From positions 67,050 through 131,049 of the forward strand of contig CAZTEU010000003.1 of the NCBI GenBank assembly GCA_964612105.1: DNA of 64,000 bases, read 5' to 3'. Below are positions 29,815 to 40,577 of the stretch, piece after piece; position 1 is the first letter of the stretch; every line of letters starts with the position of its first letter. The notes below the pieces were generated by a model, which saw only the letters and a list, made by a program, of their open reading frames with translations, made no database searches and had not been told where the DNA came from. Source of the stretch: an uncultured Gammaproteobacteria bacterium (lineage in GTDB: Bacteria; Patescibacteriota; Patescibacteriia; Magasanikbacterales; UBA922). A program made the position numbers and the translations under genes.

Positions 29815-30513
29815 TTATTTGAACACATTAAATTTAAAAATTGCCCAGATAGCACTAAAGCCGTCCTTCCATCCAATCTTCTTTCCTTCAGCGTATGTGC
29901 GTCCATGGTAAGAAATACCCACTTCGTAAACTCTAAGTTTCTTTTTCGCAACTCTTGCAGTAATTTCTGGTTCAATAGTAAACCTGTTTGATTTTAATTC
30001 TGGAAGAATTGCATCCATAGCCTTGCGAGAAAACATTTTATAACAAGTTTCCATGTCAGTAAGATTCAAATCAGTCATCATGTTTGAATACACTGTAAGC
30101 AACTTGTTTCCAACATAGTGCCAAAAAAATAGCACTCTATGAGGACGATTGCCGACAAAACGAGAACCATACACAACATCTGCGTTACCTGCTAAGAGTG
30201 GTTCAAGTAATACTGAAAAATCCTCTGGATTATATTCTAAATCTGCATCTTGTATTACAATGTAATCTCCAGTAGCACTTGCAAACCCTGTACGCAGAGC
30301 TGCACCCTTTCCTCTGTTCTCTGAATGATATAGTACCTTATACTGCTGAGGAAGCTCTCTTAGTATTTCTCTTGTGCCATCCGTTGAATAATCATCTACA
30401 ATTATAATCTCTTTCCTAAAATCAGGAATGTGAACAGACTCAACAGACTGTATAACTTTTTTAATTGTCTTGCATTCGTTATATGCAGGGATAATTACTG
30501 AAAGTGTTTTCAT
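29815..30513 (-). CDS. Glycosyltransferase family 2 (DPG-synthase-like, soluble).
   Basis: LSVIIPAYNECKTI...IIVDDYSTDGT and a QDADLEY motif. Confidence 0.7.
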   Translation of the reverse strand: MKTLSVIIPAYNECKTIKKVIQSVESVHIPDFRKEIIIVDDYSTDGTREILRELPQQYKVLYHSENRGKGAALRTGFASATGDYIVIQDADLEYNPEDFSVLLEPLLAGNADVVYGSRFVGNRPHRVLFFWHYVGNKLLTVYSNMMTDLNLTDMETCYKMFSRKAMDAILPELKSNRFTIEPEITARVAKKKLRVYEVGISYHGRTYAEGKKIGWKDGFSAIWAIFKFNVFK

Positions 30514-30520
30514 ATGCTTT

Positions 30521-31558
30521 CTATCTAAAATACGAAATAATCTTGTTAATTAGTACAGGTAGGGAATGTCTTTCAATGACAGCTTTTCTACCTTCTTTAT
30601 TCCGCGGGATTATACCACGAGAGTGTATTTTTTCAATACCTGCAGATAATTCACTAATTTTTCCTTCTATGGCTAAAATGCCAGGATATTTATCATCATA
30701 TGCTTTACTGGTGGTAACTACATACATTCCACCCAACAATGCTTCTAAAACAACCTTGTCTACACTCCCTGTTTCACTGGTATGTAGTAGAATATCGTGC
30801 TTAGCGTAGACTTCTGGAATAGCTCTGTATGGTAAACCTCCCAAAAAAGACACCTTGTCATTGATATTTAATTCTTCTGATAATTTCTTTAAAATCTGAA
30901 GATATTCCTCACCATCATCTGTAATTGGATCTCCTACCACAGACAAATGAATATCTACCTCAGGATTTCTTAATACATATTCCGATATTGCCTTTAGAAT
31001 CAAATCTAACCTCTTTGTTGGTTCTATTCTACCAATACTTAATAGTCGCAATCCGCTTTCACCTTCATTGTGCTGACTAAACAACTCTGGAAACGACTCT
31101 GTATCAATTCCATGCCCAACAATAATACTTTTCTCTGTTTTTAGTCTAAAACTTTCTTTTGAAGCACTAAATACATTCGTAGCGAAGAAAGTGGCTACAC
31201 GAAGCCTCAATGTTACAGACTTATGTGTATACCAAAGTAAAACTTTTTTCCTTTGTAGTCTCCAGAGCCAACCCGCAAGCATTAGATACTCTACGTTCAT
31301 GTGTACTAAAACACTGTCATAAGATTTTGTACTAAAAACATATTTATAAAAGCGCCATAAATAAACAAGTCTACCTTTACCATCCTCTTTTCCAAGAGAT
31401 AGTACAGTTACATTGTCTGGTAAATCGTAATTTCCTTTTTTAAGACAAATCAGAGTAAGTTTGTCTACCCGTTTTGCAATCTCTTCTATCCATGTATGAA
31501 AAAATCCTAGATTAGAATCATCTTTATCAACTATTTGTGTTACTAAAAGTAAGTGCAT
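30521..31558 (-). CDS. Glycosyltransferase family 4.
   Basis: Glycos_transf_1-type C-terminus (HTSETGSVDKVVLEALLGGMYVVTT). Confidence 0.65.
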   Translation of the reverse strand: MHLLLVTQIVDKDDSNLGFFHTWIEEIAKRVDKLTLICLKKGNYDLPDNVTVLSLGKEDGKGRLVYLWRFYKYVFSTKSYDSVLVHMNVEYLMLAGWLWRLQRKKVLLWYTHKSVTLRLRVATFFATNVFSASKESFRLKTEKSIIVGHGIDTESFPELFSQHNEGESGLRLLSIGRIEPTKRLDLILKAISEYVLRNPEVDIHLSVVGDPITDDGEEYLQILKKLSEELNINDKVSFLGGLPYRAIPEVYAKHDILLHTSETGSVDKVVLEALLGGMYVVTTSKAYDDKYPGILAIEGKISELSAGIEKIHSRGIIPRNKEGRKAVIERHSLPVLINKIISYFR

Positions 31559-31559
31559 A

Positions 31560-32777
31560 CTACTTCATTATTCTATTTAGTCCTAGTAATACAATATCAT
31601 CAATTTCCTTTCTGGAAAACATTTTATGCGAAAGATCTTTTGCATTTTTTGCTAGTTTTTCTCTTAGTGAGAAATTTTGCATAGATATTAGTGCTTTTAC
31701 AAAATCATTTACAGTTGTGGCGGTTAATAGATGTACATTATTTTCAAAAGGATAGTCTGCAATACCTCTAGGTGATGCGATTGTAGGCAAACCTCGCGCT
31801 AATGATTCAAATATCTTTTGTTGCATACCTGCACCATACAGAGAGGGTACAATTGCAATATCTATTTTATTGAGTTCCAAAAGAAAGTCATCAACATACC
31901 CTCTAAAAACTATATTTTCTGATTCATATTTAACTAGCTCCTCTGGAACCTTTCCTCCAAAAATATTGAACACATATTTTTTGTCTGTTACCTCTTTAAC
32001 TCTTGGCGCTATTTCCTTAAGAATAAACTCTAGAGCTTTTCTATTATGGGATACATTATAAGTTGATCCCATAAATAATACTTGTAAAACATTTGAATCT
32101 TTCAACTCTACTGATTCATCATTTAAGATTTTTGGCATGCTTCGGAGAGGAAGATTAATTATACCTTTTTTTCTACAAACTTTTTTATATAATTTTTTTT
32201 CTTTTGGTGTAATGGAAAAATAAGTGTCTGATTTCTTACACGTAATGTACTCTGTTATAAATTTAGGTATAAATTTTAAATAGTTAATAATATTTCTCCC
32301 ATCCTCTTCTAAAAAATGAACAGCTTCAAAGTTAATTGATCTGGTAATCACAGGTATATTTTTTTTTCGTGCAATATTATACAAAGGCCAAAGGTAAGTG
32401 TAGTCAAACCACACTGCGTCTGGTTTCCAATTTTCTATTTGTTCTCTAAAAGAGGATTGAATAGCAGGGTCTGTATATTCAAACGAGGAACCATCCCAGT
32501 ATGGTGGCCAAAAAATTCTTTTAACTAACCTGATTATCTTTTTAAGCCCTTTGGTATTTCTCAAATATCTATAAGGTACAAGGTGTATTGGTATATCGAA
32601 TTTTTCAGAAAAGGAATTAATTTTTTCTCTATCCTGAAAATCAAAAACCTTAGAGATAACATGTACTTCATATCCGAGTCTTTTAAGCTGTTTAATTCCT
32701 TCAAGCCTATCTTGCTCACAAGCACCAGCGCTTGGTATAGGAAATCTTGGGGTTACAAGAAGTACCTTTTTCGACAT
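31560..32777 (-). CDS. Glycosyltransferase family 4.
   Basis: GT-B fold. The C-terminus reads VPSLYGAGMQQKIFESLARGLPTIAS. Confidence 0.65.
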   Translation of the reverse strand: MSKKVLLVTPRFPIPSAGACEQDRLEGIKQLKRLGYEVHVISKVFDFQDREKINSFSEKFDIPIHLVPYRYLRNTKGLKKIIRLVKRIFWPPYWDGSSFEYTDPAIQSSFREQIENWKPDAVWFDYTYLWPLYNIARKKNIPVITRSINFEAVHFLEEDGRNIINYLKFIPKFITEYITCKKSDTYFSITPKEKKLYKKVCRKKGIINLPLRSMPKILNDESVELKDSNVLQVLFMGSTYNVSHNRKALEFILKEIAPRVKEVTDKKYVFNIFGGKVPEELVKYESENIVFRGYVDDFLLELNKIDIAIVPSLYGAGMQQKIFESLARGLPTIASPRGIADYPFENNVHLLTATTVNDFVKALISMQNFSLREKLAKNAKDLSHKMFSRKEIDDIVLLGLNRIMK

Positions 32778-32782
32778 ATGAG

Positions 32783-33754
32783 TTAACTTATTGACTCAAG
32801 ATCAGCATCTACCATGATGTGAACTAGTTCTTTAAATGATACTTTTGGCTCCCACCCAAGTTTTTCTTTTGCCTTACTATAGTCTCCTAACAATAGGTCT
32901 ACTTCTGCTGGGCGCAAAAATCTTTTATCAAAACCTACATGATTCTGCCAATTAAGATTTACATAAGAGAATGCTTCTTCCAAAAATTCCCTAACTGAAT
33001 GAAGTTCTCCTGTAGCAATTACATAATCATCTGGCTTATCTTGTTGTAACATTAACCACATTGCTTCTACAAAATCTTTTGCATATCCCCAGTCACGCTG
33101 AGCGTCCAAGTTCCCAAGTACAATCTTATCCCTCTTTCCCTTGACTATTTCAGCAACACCTTTTGTAATTTTTTTTGTTACAAAATTTTCTCCACGCCTT
33201 GGTGATTCATGATTGAATAGTATTCCAGAACAGGCAAAAATTCCGTAACTCTCTCTGTAGTTTATTGTTTGGTGATGGGCAAACACCTTTGAGCAGGCGT
33301 ACGGACTGCGGGGATACAAGTGAGTGTTCTCATTCTGTGGTTTTTCTTTGACTTTTCCAAACATTTCACTACTTGATGCTTGATAAAATTTTGTATTACA
33401 CCCAATATCTCTTATAACTTCCAAGATTCTTAAAGCTCCAACAGCTGTAATATCTGTTGTATATAATGGTAAATCAAAACTAATCCTAACGTGCGACTGC
33501 GCAGCTAGATTATAAACCTCATCTGGCTTAATCTTATAAATCAATCTATAAATACTACTGAAGTCAGCAAGGTCTCCGTAGTGCAGAAATAATTGTTTAT
33601 TTAGATATTTATCATACATGTGCTCTAATCGACCCCTTTTCATTGTGCTAGATCGTCTCACAATCCCATGTACCTCATACCCCTTCTCCAATAAAAATTC
33701 TGATAGGTAAGAACCATCCTGCCCTGTTATTCCAGTGATTATTGCTTTCTTCAT
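32783..33754 (-). CDS. gmd: GDP-mannose 4,6-dehydratase.
   Basis: [26 protein letters not shown] is the hallmark GMD N-terminus. Also YACSK and a HESPRRG motif. Confidence 0.85.
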   Translation of the reverse strand: MKKAIITGITGQDGSYLSEFLLEKGYEVHGIVRRSSTMKRGRLEHMYDKYLNKQLFLHYGDLADFSSIYRLIYKIKPDEVYNLAAQSHVRISFDLPLYTTDITAVGALRILEVIRDIGCNTKFYQASSSEMFGKVKEKPQNENTHLYPRSPYACSKVFAHHQTINYRESYGIFACSGILFNHESPRRGENFVTKKITKGVAEIVKGKRDKIVLGNLDAQRDWGYAKDFVEAMWLMLQQDKPDDYVIATGELHSVREFLEEAFSYVNLNWQNHVGFDKRFLRPAEVDLLLGDYSKAKEKLGWEPKVSFKELVHIMVDADLESIS

Positions 33755-34668
33755 AAATATAATTCTTTAAAATACACGAACATATCATTTAACATTTGCT
33801 TGTACTCTATTGTTATTTCCCAACCAGTATATTTTTTCAGAAGTTCTGCAGTTCCGTAAGTATCCAAAATATCATCTTTATTTATATAGTTCTCATTTAG
33901 AACAATCTCCAAATCTTCTAATTGAGCATGAACCTTAGCATACTTTATAACGTCTTTCAAGGATATGGATTCTCCTCTACACACGTTGCAAAAAATACCA
34001 AACTCCTCCTGTTCAATTAGCATTCTATACGCACATACTACATCTCTTACATCTGTTATATCCCTACTAATGTCCACATTACCTATTTCCAAAAAATCTC
34101 TCTTACCAAGCTTGATTTCTATAATATGTTTTATTATTTTAGGAATAACATATATATCCGACTGCCCTGACCCTGTATGGTTGAAACTCCTAGCTGTGTT
34201 AATACTTAATATTTTAGAGTACCCTTTTATTACCTCCTCTTGTTTTATACGAGACTTTGCATAAACACCCGTACCATTTAAAGGATGGTTTTCATCAATA
34301 GGTAAATATTTGGGAGTGCCATACACATAAGAAGATCCAGCTACTATAATTTTAGGCTTGTTCTTTAATCTTAGCGCAGCTTCAAACAGGTTCTTTGTGC
34401 CATTTACATTTACATTCTCTGTTAGTTCTGGGTTTTTAGATGCTAACCGTGGTGAGCTAACTCCTGCTAAGTGAAAAATGTGTGTTGGATTACAGTCTAA
34501 TAGCACCTTACTTAAGGTTGAAAAATTTGTAATATCTGCACAATAGTATCCTACCTTTTTGATCTCACTCTTATCAACACCAAACACAATATATCCATTT
34601 CTTTCAAGTTCTGCTCTTAAATATGGACCAACAAAGCCCGATATACCTGTTATTAAAGCTCTTTTCAT
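33751..34668 (-). CDS. rmd: GDP-4-keto-6-deoxy-D-mannose reductase-like NAD(P)-dependent reductase/epimerase.
   Basis: [12 protein letters not shown] Rossmann motif and YAKSR. It overlaps gmd by 4 bp. Confidence 0.55.
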   Translation of the reverse strand: MKRALITGISGFVGPYLRAELERNGYIVFGVDKSEIKKVGYYCADITNFSTLSKVLLDCNPTHIFHLAGVSSPRLASKNPELTENVNVNGTKNLFEAALRLKNKPKIIVAGSSYVYGTPKYLPIDENHPLNGTGVYAKSRIKQEEVIKGYSKILSINTARSFNHTGSGQSDIYVIPKIIKHIIEIKLGKRDFLEIGNVDISRDITDVRDVVCAYRMLIEQEEFGIFCNVCRGESISLKDVIKYAKVHAQLEDLEIVLNENYINKDDILDTYGTAELLKKYTGWEITIEYKQMLNDMFVYFKELYL

Positions 34669-35660
34669 ATACCAAACAGAATATTTTTTATTTCCTTCAT
34701 GAATCCACCGTATAGATCAGAGGATACAATTTTTACAATATTACTTTTTTTCAGTTCGTGGTTAGCAATTCCCACATCACTCATAATAACAGCAGTACCA
34801 GCGACACTCGCCTCCATTGCAGTTAGACCATAACCCTCACTCAAACTTGGTATTAGCAAGCAGTCTGAAGTTTTTATGTAACTTATTGGGTCATTTGTCC
34901 ACCCTTCAAATTTAATATTATCCTCCAAACCAAGTCTACGCACCTTTTCCTTAATCTTTTTCTTTTCAGATCCATCCCCTACCACTAAAAGTAGGATTTT
35001 GTTATTTTTTTCAACAATTGTCCCAAATAAATCGATCAATAAATTAATGTTTTTTATTTTCTCAACTCTTCCAAGCGCTAGGAATATTTTACTGTATCCA
35101 ACATATTTTTTTCGAAGATTAATTCCTACTTTATGATTTCTTATTTTGTCGACATCAACATGTATTGGTTTGAGATTAATTTTCTTATCTTCTGTACCCA
35201 TTTCTACAAGACTCTTCTTTATCCTTTGACTAACAACACGTAGCTTATCAGCCCTTCTTACTATGCTTTTTCCTATTCTGTATCTTACTGGGTACTTATT
35301 TTTATAATAACTAGAATCAAAGAAATCACCGTGTAGTTGCACCTCTAAATGTCTTTTCGTAAGTTTTTTAATAATATACCCAGCAAGTCCAGTAAAAAAT
35401 GGATCCTGTGTTGTAATATTATCTATATTATTGCATTTTATAATACTATTTCCATATCTTAAAAGAGAGAAAAATTGCAAGACTTTAATTCCTCCAGTTG
35501 ATTGCACATGAACAGTACTGCTTAGATCAACTTGAGTTTTTTTTCTGTTGGGTATCAGAATATATAGTTCATCAGTTTTTCCGTACTCAACCATCCGCTT
35601 AGCAACACCAGAGTCCTTATCTAATATCTTATTGTCCAAGCTAATCATTAGAATTTTCAT
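34665..35660 (-). CDS. Glycosyltransferase family 4.
   Basis: PSLSEGYGLTAMEASVAGTAVIMSDVG. 4-bp overlaps on both sides. Confidence 0.65.
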   Translation of the reverse strand: MKILMISLDNKILDKDSGVAKRMVEYGKTDELYILIPNRKKTQVDLSSTVHVQSTGGIKVLQFFSLLRYGNSIIKCNNIDNITTQDPFFTGLAGYIIKKLTKRHLEVQLHGDFFDSSYYKNKYPVRYRIGKSIVRRADKLRVVSQRIKKSLVEMGTEDKKINLKPIHVDVDKIRNHKVGINLRKKYVGYSKIFLALGRVEKIKNINLLIDLFGTIVEKNNKILLLVVGDGSEKKKIKEKVRRLGLEDNIKFEGWTNDPISYIKTSDCLLIPSLSEGYGLTAMEASVAGTAVIMSDVGIANHELKKSNIVKIVSSDLYGGFMKEIKNILFGI

Positions 35661-36772
35661 ATTCCAGAAATTATTCTAAGTGTATCTTTATAAGCGTCTC
35701 TAAATGAGTAATTGTAGTTTACTTTATTTAGATTCATTTTTATTTTTTCATACTCCTCAGAGTCAAATATTGAGTTAATTGCTTGTGTCATATCGGTACC
35801 ATCATGAGGATTGAAAGTAATTATTTTATCCTTTATCCAGTCATAACCAATTTCTTCTGAAGAAACAAATGGGGTGCCAATTGAAATACAGTCCAACATT
35901 GTGTTTGGGCTTATATCTGTCAAGCTTGGAAAGATCGCTCCGTGACACGTAGAAAAGATGTTCCACAGCTCACTTCTTGAAACTTTGTCCTTAAAAACAA
36001 TGTTACCAATATTTTTAGACTTTACTATTTCCTCTGCTTTACTTCTTACATCTCCATTTCCAATTACCACAAGTCTAAATCCTTCGCTATTCGAATTAAT
36101 AAAGGATTCTATAAGTCGTAATACATTGTTTTTTTCTATTGCCCGCCCCGCAAAGATTAGGTCATTATTTCTTTTACCGTACTTTACGTCACTTGGAACA
36201 TCTGGAGTTGGGTTTTGTACATATGACACTTTTTCTGTTGAGAATTTATAGTACTCAGCAAATATTTCACTTTGAAATTTTGTTGTAAAAATCAAACCTG
36301 TTGCTCTAGAAAAAACAAAACGTATAATGTTGAAACGTATCTTGTCTTTTTTATGTATGCCTTTTTTGTAATAGTCACGAAGTGATACAGCTTCTCCAGT
36401 TATACTTAAATATCTTTCCCATATAAAATCTCCACCAATTCTTATAAAGAATTTTTTTCTTCTTATAAGATTTACAACTGTAGATGGAATCCCAGCACTC
36501 ATATGATCAAAAGAATATATAACATCAGCATCTTTTGTCATTGTGAATAGAGCTTTAAAATACCTAAAATAATTACTTATTGTATTAGTGCGTTTTATTC
36601 TCTTAATTGGGAAATTGAAGTTTTCATCTCCGTTGTAAGTGGTAACATCTGAATAAGTAATAACTGAAACAGAGTGACCTTCGTTTAAAAACTCTTTTGC
36701 TATGTTTGGAACATAAGTTGCAGGACCTCCAATTTCCGGTGCAAAAATTCCAGTTGCGATTACAATTTTCAT
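35657..36772 (-). CDS. Glycosyltransferase family 4.
   Basis: N-terminal IATGIFAPEIGGPATY and a GT-B fold. Confidence 0.65.
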   Translation of the reverse strand: MKIVIATGIFAPEIGGPATYVPNIAKEFLNEGHSVSVITYSDVTTYNGDENFNFPIKRIKRTNTISNYFRYFKALFTMTKDADVIYSFDHMSAGIPSTVVNLIRRKKFFIRIGGDFIWERYLSITGEAVSLRDYYKKGIHKKDKIRFNIIRFVFSRATGLIFTTKFQSEIFAEYYKFSTEKVSYVQNPTPDVPSDVKYGKRNNDLIFAGRAIEKNNVLRLIESFINSNSEGFRLVVIGNGDVRSKAEEIVKSKNIGNIVFKDKVSRSELWNIFSTCHGAIFPSLTDISPNTMLDCISIGTPFVSSEEIGYDWIKDKIITFNPHDGTDMTQAINSIFDSEEYEKIKMNLNKVNYNYSFRDAYKDTLRIISGI

Positions 36773-37890
36773 AGTTCATTAAATATTTTATTCATTTGTG
36801 TTGCCACACCACCCCAAGAATATTTGTCTTCTATAACTTGTTTTCCTTTTTTAATTATTTTATCTCTTATATCCCCATTCTCCAGCAGAACTCCAATCTT
36901 TTCTGCAATATCTTTAGGATTCTCAATCTCACAAAATAATCCAGTCTCATTATCTTCTAGAAAATCTGGAATTCCACCAACCTTTGTTGCAACAACAGGA
37001 ACACCTGAGGCCATAGATTCTAAAAACGCACTGCCTAGACCTTCTGAAAGACTGGGACGACAGAAGGCTCCTGCAAGTGATAAATATTTTGGTACATCTT
37101 CGTATGCAATTGATCCTAAAAAATGAACTCTGTTATTAATTCCTAGATTACTACTCACTTTTATTAATTCATTTTTTAACTGACCATCTCCAATAATAAC
37201 TAAATGCACGTCTTTTGGTAAGAATTGCATTGACTCAACCAAACTTCTTACTCCATTCTTTTTTACAAGTCTGGAAACTGTTATTATTAATTTATTTTTA
37301 TCTGGTAAATTTAATTTTCCTCTTAATTGTTCAGTCTCTTCAGAACTAATATTAAAATCATCCAAGACTACTCCGTTCGGTACAATTCTTATTTCGGATT
37401 GTGCACCCATTTTTTTTGCCCAATTTCCAAGATGATTACTTATTGCTTGCACCTTATCAGCTTTGCTAAATATTTGTTTAAACCATGGCCAAATAAACAA
37501 TGCGCGCAGATAAATGTGACCTAGACTGTCCCCTTCTTGAATTGTTAATAAGAATTTGGTTTTAGGATATTTCTTCTTGAAACGCAATCCTGCAAGCCCT
37601 CCATGACTGGCCATTACAGACCAGACTATTTTTGCATCTGGCGCTATCTTCTTTGCCTGCTTATATCCAGAAAAGATTAGCTTAAATTTGTCTAAGAATG
37701 AGCCGTTTCCCACTCTATAGATATGAATATTATCATGTTTTTCATATGCAGGCAATTTAGAATCTAGACGTGCTGTAAACACAAAAAAATCATACTGTGG
37801 AAGTCGTGTCATAACTTGTTCCGCTGCAATTTCTGCACCTCCTATAAAAGGAGAGAATGCTGTCGTAAATACAATTATTTTCTGTTTCAT
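36769..37890 (-). CDS. Glycosyltransferase family 4.
   Basis: GGAEIAAEQ N-terminus and PSLSEGLGSAFLESMASGVPVVATKVGGIPD. Confidence 0.7.
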   Translation of the reverse strand: MKQKIIVFTTAFSPFIGGAEIAAEQVMTRLPQYDFFVFTARLDSKLPAYEKHDNIHIYRVGNGSFLDKFKLIFSGYKQAKKIAPDAKIVWSVMASHGGLAGLRFKKKYPKTKFLLTIQEGDSLGHIYLRALFIWPWFKQIFSKADKVQAISNHLGNWAKKMGAQSEIRIVPNGVVLDDFNISSEETEQLRGKLNLPDKNKLIITVSRLVKKNGVRSLVESMQFLPKDVHLVIIGDGQLKNELIKVSSNLGINNRVHFLGSIAYEDVPKYLSLAGAFCRPSLSEGLGSAFLESMASGVPVVATKVGGIPDFLEDNETGLFCEIENPKDIAEKIGVLLENGDIRDKIIKKGKQVIEDKYSWGGVATQMNKIFNEL

Positions 37891-39548
37891 AGTAAATCGA
37901 TTGTATATATTAGAAATGTTGTATTTCCTTCTAAATCTTTTACAGCTTCTGGTGTAATCTCTTCACTAAGCAATGATTCTTCAATATATTTACCCACCTC
38001 TGTAGTAATGCTGTTTCCTTCGCGGGGTGCGTACTCTGTTGCTTTTATGAAATATACACGTTCAAATACTAGATCATTTATAATCTTAACAAACTCTGTA
38101 GTAGATATAACAGGAATATTGTGGTAAAACCTGCGACGTTTAAAAGGCCATAGTTCAGCAAACCAGTCTATATCATCATCATAAATAATCATGTGTTTAA
38201 AAACCTTTTCATTTTCCTGATCGATTTCTTCTGGAACATACTTGCTTAATCTATCGCTTTTCTCTTTTATTACAGTGTATGCATCTATAACAGGAAGAAC
38301 TGAATTCTCTTTGATGATTTCGTCTAGTTTTGTATCGAGTTGGTGCACTCCCTTGTTCTCACTTCTAGCATCAGATATTGTCCAACCAGCATATCCTCCA
38401 CTACCAACTACCACATGGCTCTGGACTAATGAAAAGAGTAAATAAACTACAAATAGTAGTACTACTGGGTACTTATATATATTTAGAATTTTTTTGTTTT
38501 TTAATAACGATGCTATCAAAACACCGACTGGAATAGCTAGAAATGGTGTATAAAGATCTAGATGATATGTCCCAGCACCAGTAAGAGAGAAAAGTATAGT
38601 AAGATACACCAGACCAAATAAAATCATCCGGGACACATTTTTCCTCTGCTTAAAAAGATAAGCAATCCCAAGGAATGATACAATTAAATAAGGATAAAGC
38701 GTTGTCTTACCTAAACCAACTATTATTGATACTATGCTTGAAAGAGAAAAACTGGCTCCGCTTGATTGCCACGGAGAATCTAGCCCAAATAAACGAGAAA
38801 ACTGATAGTCAAAATGTCCTGTTGTTTTATACATTAATATGTTGTAGACAATTACTGGTGAAAGAACCAATAGAGTAACTATTGCGGAATAATATAATTT
38901 CTTGTTTTTAAAAATACTTCTCTTTACTATTGCAAAACATGTAATATAAGTTGGAATAAGGAACATTGAGTTGTATTTCGCCAAAAGCGCAAGACCTAGA
39001 AATAGTCCAAACTTCCACCAATACTTTTCCTCTTTAAGAAATCTTAGAAAGTACAAAATACTCAACGAAATAAATAGTACAACGATAGATTCCATATATG
39101 CTGTTCTACCTGTCCATATAAATAAACTATTGAGCCCTAAAAACATTGAGCTTAGTAATGCAGCTTTTTTGTTATAATTTTCCTCAACAATTTTATAAAC
39201 AACAATAATAGTAAGTAGAGAAGCAATAATATACGGTAGTTTTGCAAAAAATATGCTTTCGTGTAATGAAAGAAATACGTGTTGAATAAAGAAAACAAGT
39301 GGTGGGTGGTCATGAAATGATAAATTTGACCACCATGGATAATTATCAAGCCAATTTAATGGTGTGGTCTGCTTCGTAGAAAACATGAAGTCTATATATC
39401 CAATTCCTCTTATTGTGTAATGCGAATCATCCCCAAGTAGGTCCACATAAGATACTTTATACAACAAGAAAAATGCGCTGATAAGTAATATAGCTACTAG
39501 GAATTTTTGTGACTTAACAAACGCTGTAAGACGTTTTGCGAAATGCAT
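37887..39548 (-). CDS. GT-C polytopic membrane glycosyltransferase, GT39/PMT/ArnT-like.
   Basis: Multi-TM N-terminal region plus a soluble C-terminal domain. The first loop carries GDDSHYTIRGIG, followed by HDHPPL. This is a PMT-type DE...HPPL signature. Confidence 0.55.
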   Translation of the reverse strand: MHFAKRLTAFVKSQKFLVAILLISAFFLLYKVSYVDLLGDDSHYTIRGIGYIDFMFSTKQTTPLNWLDNYPWWSNLSFHDHPPLVFFIQHVFLSLHESIFFAKLPYIIASLLTIIVVYKIVEENYNKKAALLSSMFLGLNSLFIWTGRTAYMESIVVLFISLSILYFLRFLKEEKYWWKFGLFLGLALLAKYNSMFLIPTYITCFAIVKRSIFKNKKLYYSAIVTLLVLSPVIVYNILMYKTTGHFDYQFSRLFGLDSPWQSSGASFSLSSIVSIIVGLGKTTLYPYLIVSFLGIAYLFKQRKNVSRMILFGLVYLTILFSLTGAGTYHLDLYTPFLAIPVGVLIASLLKNKKILNIYKYPVVLLFVVYLLFSLVQSHVVVGSGGYAGWTISDARSENKGVHQLDTKLDEIIKENSVLPVIDAYTVIKEKSDRLSKYVPEEIDQENEKVFKHMIIYDDDIDWFAELWPFKRRRFYHNIPVISTTEFVKIINDLVFERVYFIKATEYAPREGNSITTEVGKYIEESLLSEEITPEAVKDLEGNTTFLIYTIDLL

Positions 39549-39550
39549 AC

Positions 39551-40495
39551 CTATAGACGGGTTCTAAAGTTTTCAACTGTTTTTTCTAATCCTGTTTGTA
39601 ATTTGGTTGTAGGTTGCCAATTCAATATTTTTTTTGCAAGTGATATGTCTGGACGCCGTCTTTTTGGATCATCTTCCGGAAGCTCCTTATGTGTAAGCTT
39701 ACTTTTTGACTTTGTAATCCTGATAATTTCTTCAGCTAGTTGCTTTATTGTATATTCTTCAGGATTTCCAAGATTAACTGGTCCTTGGACTTCAGCAGAA
39801 GTGTTCATCATTTTAATTATTGCGTCTACTAAATCATCTACAAAACAAAAGCTACGAGTTTGAGAACCGTCTCCATAAATTGTAATATCCTCATTATTTA
39901 AAGCCTGTACTATAAAATTTGAAACAACACGTCCGTCATGAAAAGCCATTCTGGGTCCGTATGTATTGAAAATACGTATAACCTTAATCTCCATCCCATG
40001 CATCCTATAATAATCAAAACATAAGGTTTCTGAACAGCGCTTCCCCTCATCATAACATGCGCGCGGTCCTGTTGTACTCACACTTCCTCGATAATCTTCT
40101 GTTTGCGGATGCACTTCCGGGTCTCCATACACTTCAGAAGTTGATGCTTGTAATATTCTTGCATTATGCTTATGAGCCAAACCAAGCATATTTATCATAC
40201 CTATAGTATTTGCTTTAATTGTACGCACTGGATTCATCTGATAATGAACAGGACTTGCAGGACAAGCTAAATTATATATCTGGTCGATTTTCTCTTCAAT
40301 AAAAAGAGGGTCAATAATATCATGGTCAAGAAGTACAAAATTTTCATTATCCAAAAGATGAGCTATATTTTCCTTCAAACCTGTAAAAAAATTATCTACA
40401 CAAATAACACGATTTCCCTCTTCTAGAAGACGCTCAGAAAGGTGTGAGCCTATAAAGCCTGACCCACCAGTAATTACTATTGTTTTCATACTCAA
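39551..40495 (-). CDS. uxs: UDP-glucuronate decarboxylase (UDP-xylose synthase).
   Basis: [38 protein letters not shown] and YDEGKR. Near-collinear with UXS/ArnA-decarboxylase-domain proteins. Confidence 0.8.
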   Translation of the reverse strand: MSMKTIVITGGSGFIGSHLSERLLEEGNRVICVDNFFTGLKENIAHLLDNENFVLLDHDIIDPLFIEEKIDQIYNLACPASPVHYQMNPVRTIKANTIGMINMLGLAHKHNARILQASTSEVYGDPEVHPQTEDYRGSVSTTGPRACYDEGKRCSETLCFDYYRMHGMEIKVIRIFNTYGPRMAFHDGRVVSNFIVQALNNEDITIYGDGSQTRSFCFVDDLVDAIIKMMNTSAEVQGPVNLGNPEEYTIKQLAEEIIRITKSKSKLTHKELPEDDPKRRRPDISLAKKILNWQPTTKLQTGLEKTVENFRTRL

Positions 40496-40540
40496 TTTTT
40501 AACTAAAATATCAATAATTTACCCAATTATTGTCATAAAT

Positions 40541-40569
40541 ATAATACAGAAAAATGACCACTTTGTCAA
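40541..40569 (-). promoter_or_regulatory. Sigma70-type promoter upstream of uxs.
   Basis: Minus strand reads TTGACA, 17 nt, TATTAT, about 50-nt leader, ATG. Near-consensus hexamers. Confidence 0.5.
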
Positions 40570-40577
40570 TGAAGTAA

